From assembly GCA_964106645.2 (NCBI GenBank), contig OZ067051.1: a stretch of DNA of 64,000 bases. One strand, written 5' to 3'. Shown piece after piece: positions 63,560 through 64,000 of the stretch (its first letter is position 1; every line of letters begins with the position of its first letter). A program made the position numbers and the translations under genes. This DNA is from Podarcis pityusensis. Taxonomy: Eukaryota. The notes under the pieces are model-generated. The model did no database searches. It saw nothing but the letters and a program-made list of their open reading frames with translations, and was not told where the DNA came from.

Positions 63560-64000
63560 TGGTGAGTCCGAGGGGATGTGCTGGAGGTGTGTAGAACACA
63601 TGGAGAAAGTGAAAAGAGTGTTTTCTTCTTCCTCACAGGAATGGAACTTGGGGGCATCCAATGCAGCTGAACATTGGAAGACTCAGGACAAACAAGCGAA
63701 AGGGCTTCTTCACACATTGCAGAGTTAAATTCTGGAATTTGCTACCACAAGGTGTAGTGATAGCCCCCAACTTGGATGCTTTTAAAAGAAAATTTGGCAA
63801 ATTCATGGAGGGTAAAGTTGTAAATGGCTGCTGGTGAAGGTGGTTGTGATGCCTCCAGTAACAGTGGCCATATGCCTTTGAATGCCCAGTGAGGAGAGGG
63901 CACTGGTGCCCGGGTCCTGCTTGTGAGCGTCCCAGAGGCATCTGGTTGGCCACTCTGGGAACAGGATGCTGGGCTACATGAGCCACTGGCCTGATCCAGC
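63560..64000 (+). mobile_element. CR1-type LINE 3' fragment; related pieces at ~36330-36720, 42665-43200 and 55325-55830
   Basis: Shared motifs GGAATTTGCTACCACAAG...TGGATGCTTTTAAAAG and GGCCACTGTGAGAACAGGATGCTGG-type 3' block. Confidence 0.55.

Overview
Vertebrate nuclear DNA from a squamate reptile, most likely a lacertid lizard (Sauria SINEs of the Podarcis type plus CR1/L2/L1/RTE LINEs and Tc1/pogo/hAT MITEs). Gene content, left to right: (1) the 5' end of FAN1 on the minus strand (large first coding exon 3442-4756, CpG-island promoter ~7.2-7.6 kb; the remaining exons lie left of the window). (2) The complete 11-exon MPHOSPH10 gene on the minus strand (17523-29317; all introns GT-AG and phase-consistent; 675 aa). 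(3) The 3-exon MCEE gene on the plus strand (32315-37017), which carries an apparent +1 frameshift in exon 2. (4) An orphan CpG island with a strong splice donor at ~45.6-46.4 kb, by synteny probably the non-coding first exon of APBA2. The rest is intronic/intergenic DNA dense in transposons, with two N gaps. I found no clearly new multi-gene system. The best leads are: a candidate upstream MPHOSPH10 exon inside the MCEE promoter that would splice in frame, the MCEE lesions, a duplicated MLH1-binding SPYF motif in FAN1, and several unusual transposon structures (CR1>RTE>L1 nesting, an internally primed L1 fragment with a TSD, a Tc1 with an inverted-duplication inversion, a MITE carrying a hairpin cassette, and horizontal-transfer candidates). 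Family and ortholog assignments are from recalled sequences, not database searches.
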